Shown piece by piece: positions 63,343 to 64,000 of a DNA stretch of 64,000 nucleotides. A program made the position numbers and the translations under genes. This DNA is from Sedimentibacter sp. Its GTDB lineage: Bacteria; Bacillota; Clostridia; Tissierellales; Sedimentibacteraceae. The first letter of the stretch is position 1. Each line of letters begins with the position of its first letter. A model generated the notes under the pieces. The model was not told the DNA's origin. It made no database searches and saw only the letters and a list, made by a program, of their open reading frames with translations. The stretch spans positions 54,961 to 118,960 of the forward strand of contig DAMBZP010000008.1 of the NCBI GenBank assembly GCA_032059885.1, read 5' to 3'.

Positions 63343-64000
63343 TTATTTATTTGGATATAATCCATTCCAGACAATATCCCTGTACCCCTCAAAGTAAGTA
63401 TCACCTTCTGTGCTGAACAGCAATACTACTGAATTTTCATCAAGCTTCAGTGCTTCTTTTATGTTTTTCAATTCTTCCAGTTTCATTATCTGTGAAACAG
63501 CTCCCATCGTTGCCGCTCCGCTTTCTCCGGAAATTACTCTTTCATCACCTTTGAGAGGATTTCCCAGAACTCTCATTCCATGAGCTGCTGCTTCTTCAGG
63601 TATTGTTATAAAGTTTTCGGCATTGGCATTGAGAACAGGCCATCCTATTGTAATAGGTTCACCGCATGCAAGTCCGGCCATTATGGTATTCATTTCGCCT
63701 GTTACAGGGTGAAGCTTGCCATCATCGGCTTTTGCAGTCTTGTACAAGCAAGCGGCCTTCTCAGGCTCCACTATTGTAATTATTGGTTTATTATCGCTGT
63801 ACACTGATGAGAAAAATCCGCATATTCCTGATGCCATTGAACCCACGCCCGCCTGCAGAAATATATGTGTAGGTCTCTTATTTGCTTTCTTCAATTTCAA
63901 ATAAGCTTCATATGCCATTGTCATATAACCCTGCATAATCCACTTTGGCAGCTCTTCATATCCGGGCCATGACGTGTCCTGAACCATTATATAACCGTTT
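63343..64000 (-). CDS. ygeX: diaminopropionate ammonia-lyase (YgeX/DpaL), C-terminal part; N-terminus beyond the right edge
   Basis: The frame remains open upstream of the ORF-track Met (..NGYIMVQDTSWPGYEELPKWIMQGY). PLP-fold type II pattern FLQAGVGSMA. It neighbours ygeW, as in E. coli. Confidence 0.85.
   Translation of the reverse strand, partial: NGYIMVQDTSWPGYEELPKWIMQGYMTMAYEAYLKLKKANKRPTHIFLQAGVGSMASGICGFFSSVYSDNKPIITIVEPEKAACLYKTAKADDGKLHPVTGEMNTIMAGLACGEPITIGWPVLNANAENFITIPEEAAAHGMRVLGNPLKGDERVISGESGAATMGAVSQIMKLEELKNIKEALKLDENSVVLLFSTEGDTYFEGYRDIVWNGLYPNK

Noticed and set aside
167-63904. Dozens of 60-200 aa ORFs in the track lie on the strand opposite the annotated genes. Examples: 167-580, 2252-2662, 5148-5756, 23382-23876, 29249-29731, 32032-32583, 34258-34632, 52187-52753, 58904-59368, and on the minus strand 10789-11049, 12035-12425, 13968-14466.
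   Set aside because: All are fully nested antisense to genes with clear family motifs. They have S/L/F/I/C-rich low-complexity translations typical of shadow frames in AT-rich coding DNA. None has a convincing RBS or a recognisable domain.
48950-64000. In-frame UGA selenocysteine recoding or SECIS elements in the selenium-linked island.
   Set aside because: All twelve ORFs are uninterrupted and of normal length for their families, so no recoding needs to be invoked. The selenium link for this family is a labile cofactor, not Sec.
1-64000. CRISPR arrays, transposases, integrases, phage genes, toxin-antitoxin or known defence-system genes, tRNA and rRNA.
   Set aside because: I saw no direct-repeat/spacer periodicity, no IS-like terminal inverted repeats with a transposase ORF, and no tRNA-like or rRNA-like segments. 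Intergenic space is small and is accounted for by promoters, terminators and the riboswitch.

Overview
Low-GC Firmicutes (Clostridia-like) chromosome segment, almost fully coding and mostly on the minus strand. I saw no rRNA, tRNA, CRISPR array or mobile element.

Three blocks:
(1) 1-48.9 kb is a large flagellar and chemotaxis locus. It holds an MCP fragment, fliD-fliS, cheA-cheR-cheB, and a roughly 24 kb, 30-gene flgB-to-cheD operon that includes fliA (sigma-28). It also holds a cheW-mcp-cheW-flgM-flgN-flgK-flgL-fliW-csrA operon.
(2) 8.8-15.2 kb is a divergent six-gene plus-strand operon inside that locus. It encodes a FliK-C-like protein, a stand-alone FlhB C-terminal fragment, an actin-like ATPase with a novel repeat tail, a PilZ protein, an SLH-anchored surface protein and ComFB. 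It sits behind a sigma-28-type promoter.
(3) 48.9-64 kb is a selenium-dependent molybdenum hydroxylase purine/urate catabolism island (ygeX, ygeW, ygeY, ygfK-like, carbamate kinase, ssnA, permease, hyuA, xdhD-like, yqeC, ygfJ, yqeB).

Regulatory elements read from the DNA:
- a GEMM-I-like c-di-GMP riboswitch with a terminator in the flgB leader
- a sigma-A promoter for that leader
- three sigma-28-type promoters
- several rho-independent terminators

Most interesting candidates:
- the uncharacterised plus-strand operon, with possible c-di-GMP-linked components
- an orphan ParA-like ATPase coupled to a basic-tailed ComFB-domain protein, next to a cheW-mcp-cheW module (a possible chemoreceptor-array positioning system)

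All functional calls come from motif and family recognition by eye. No database search was run.
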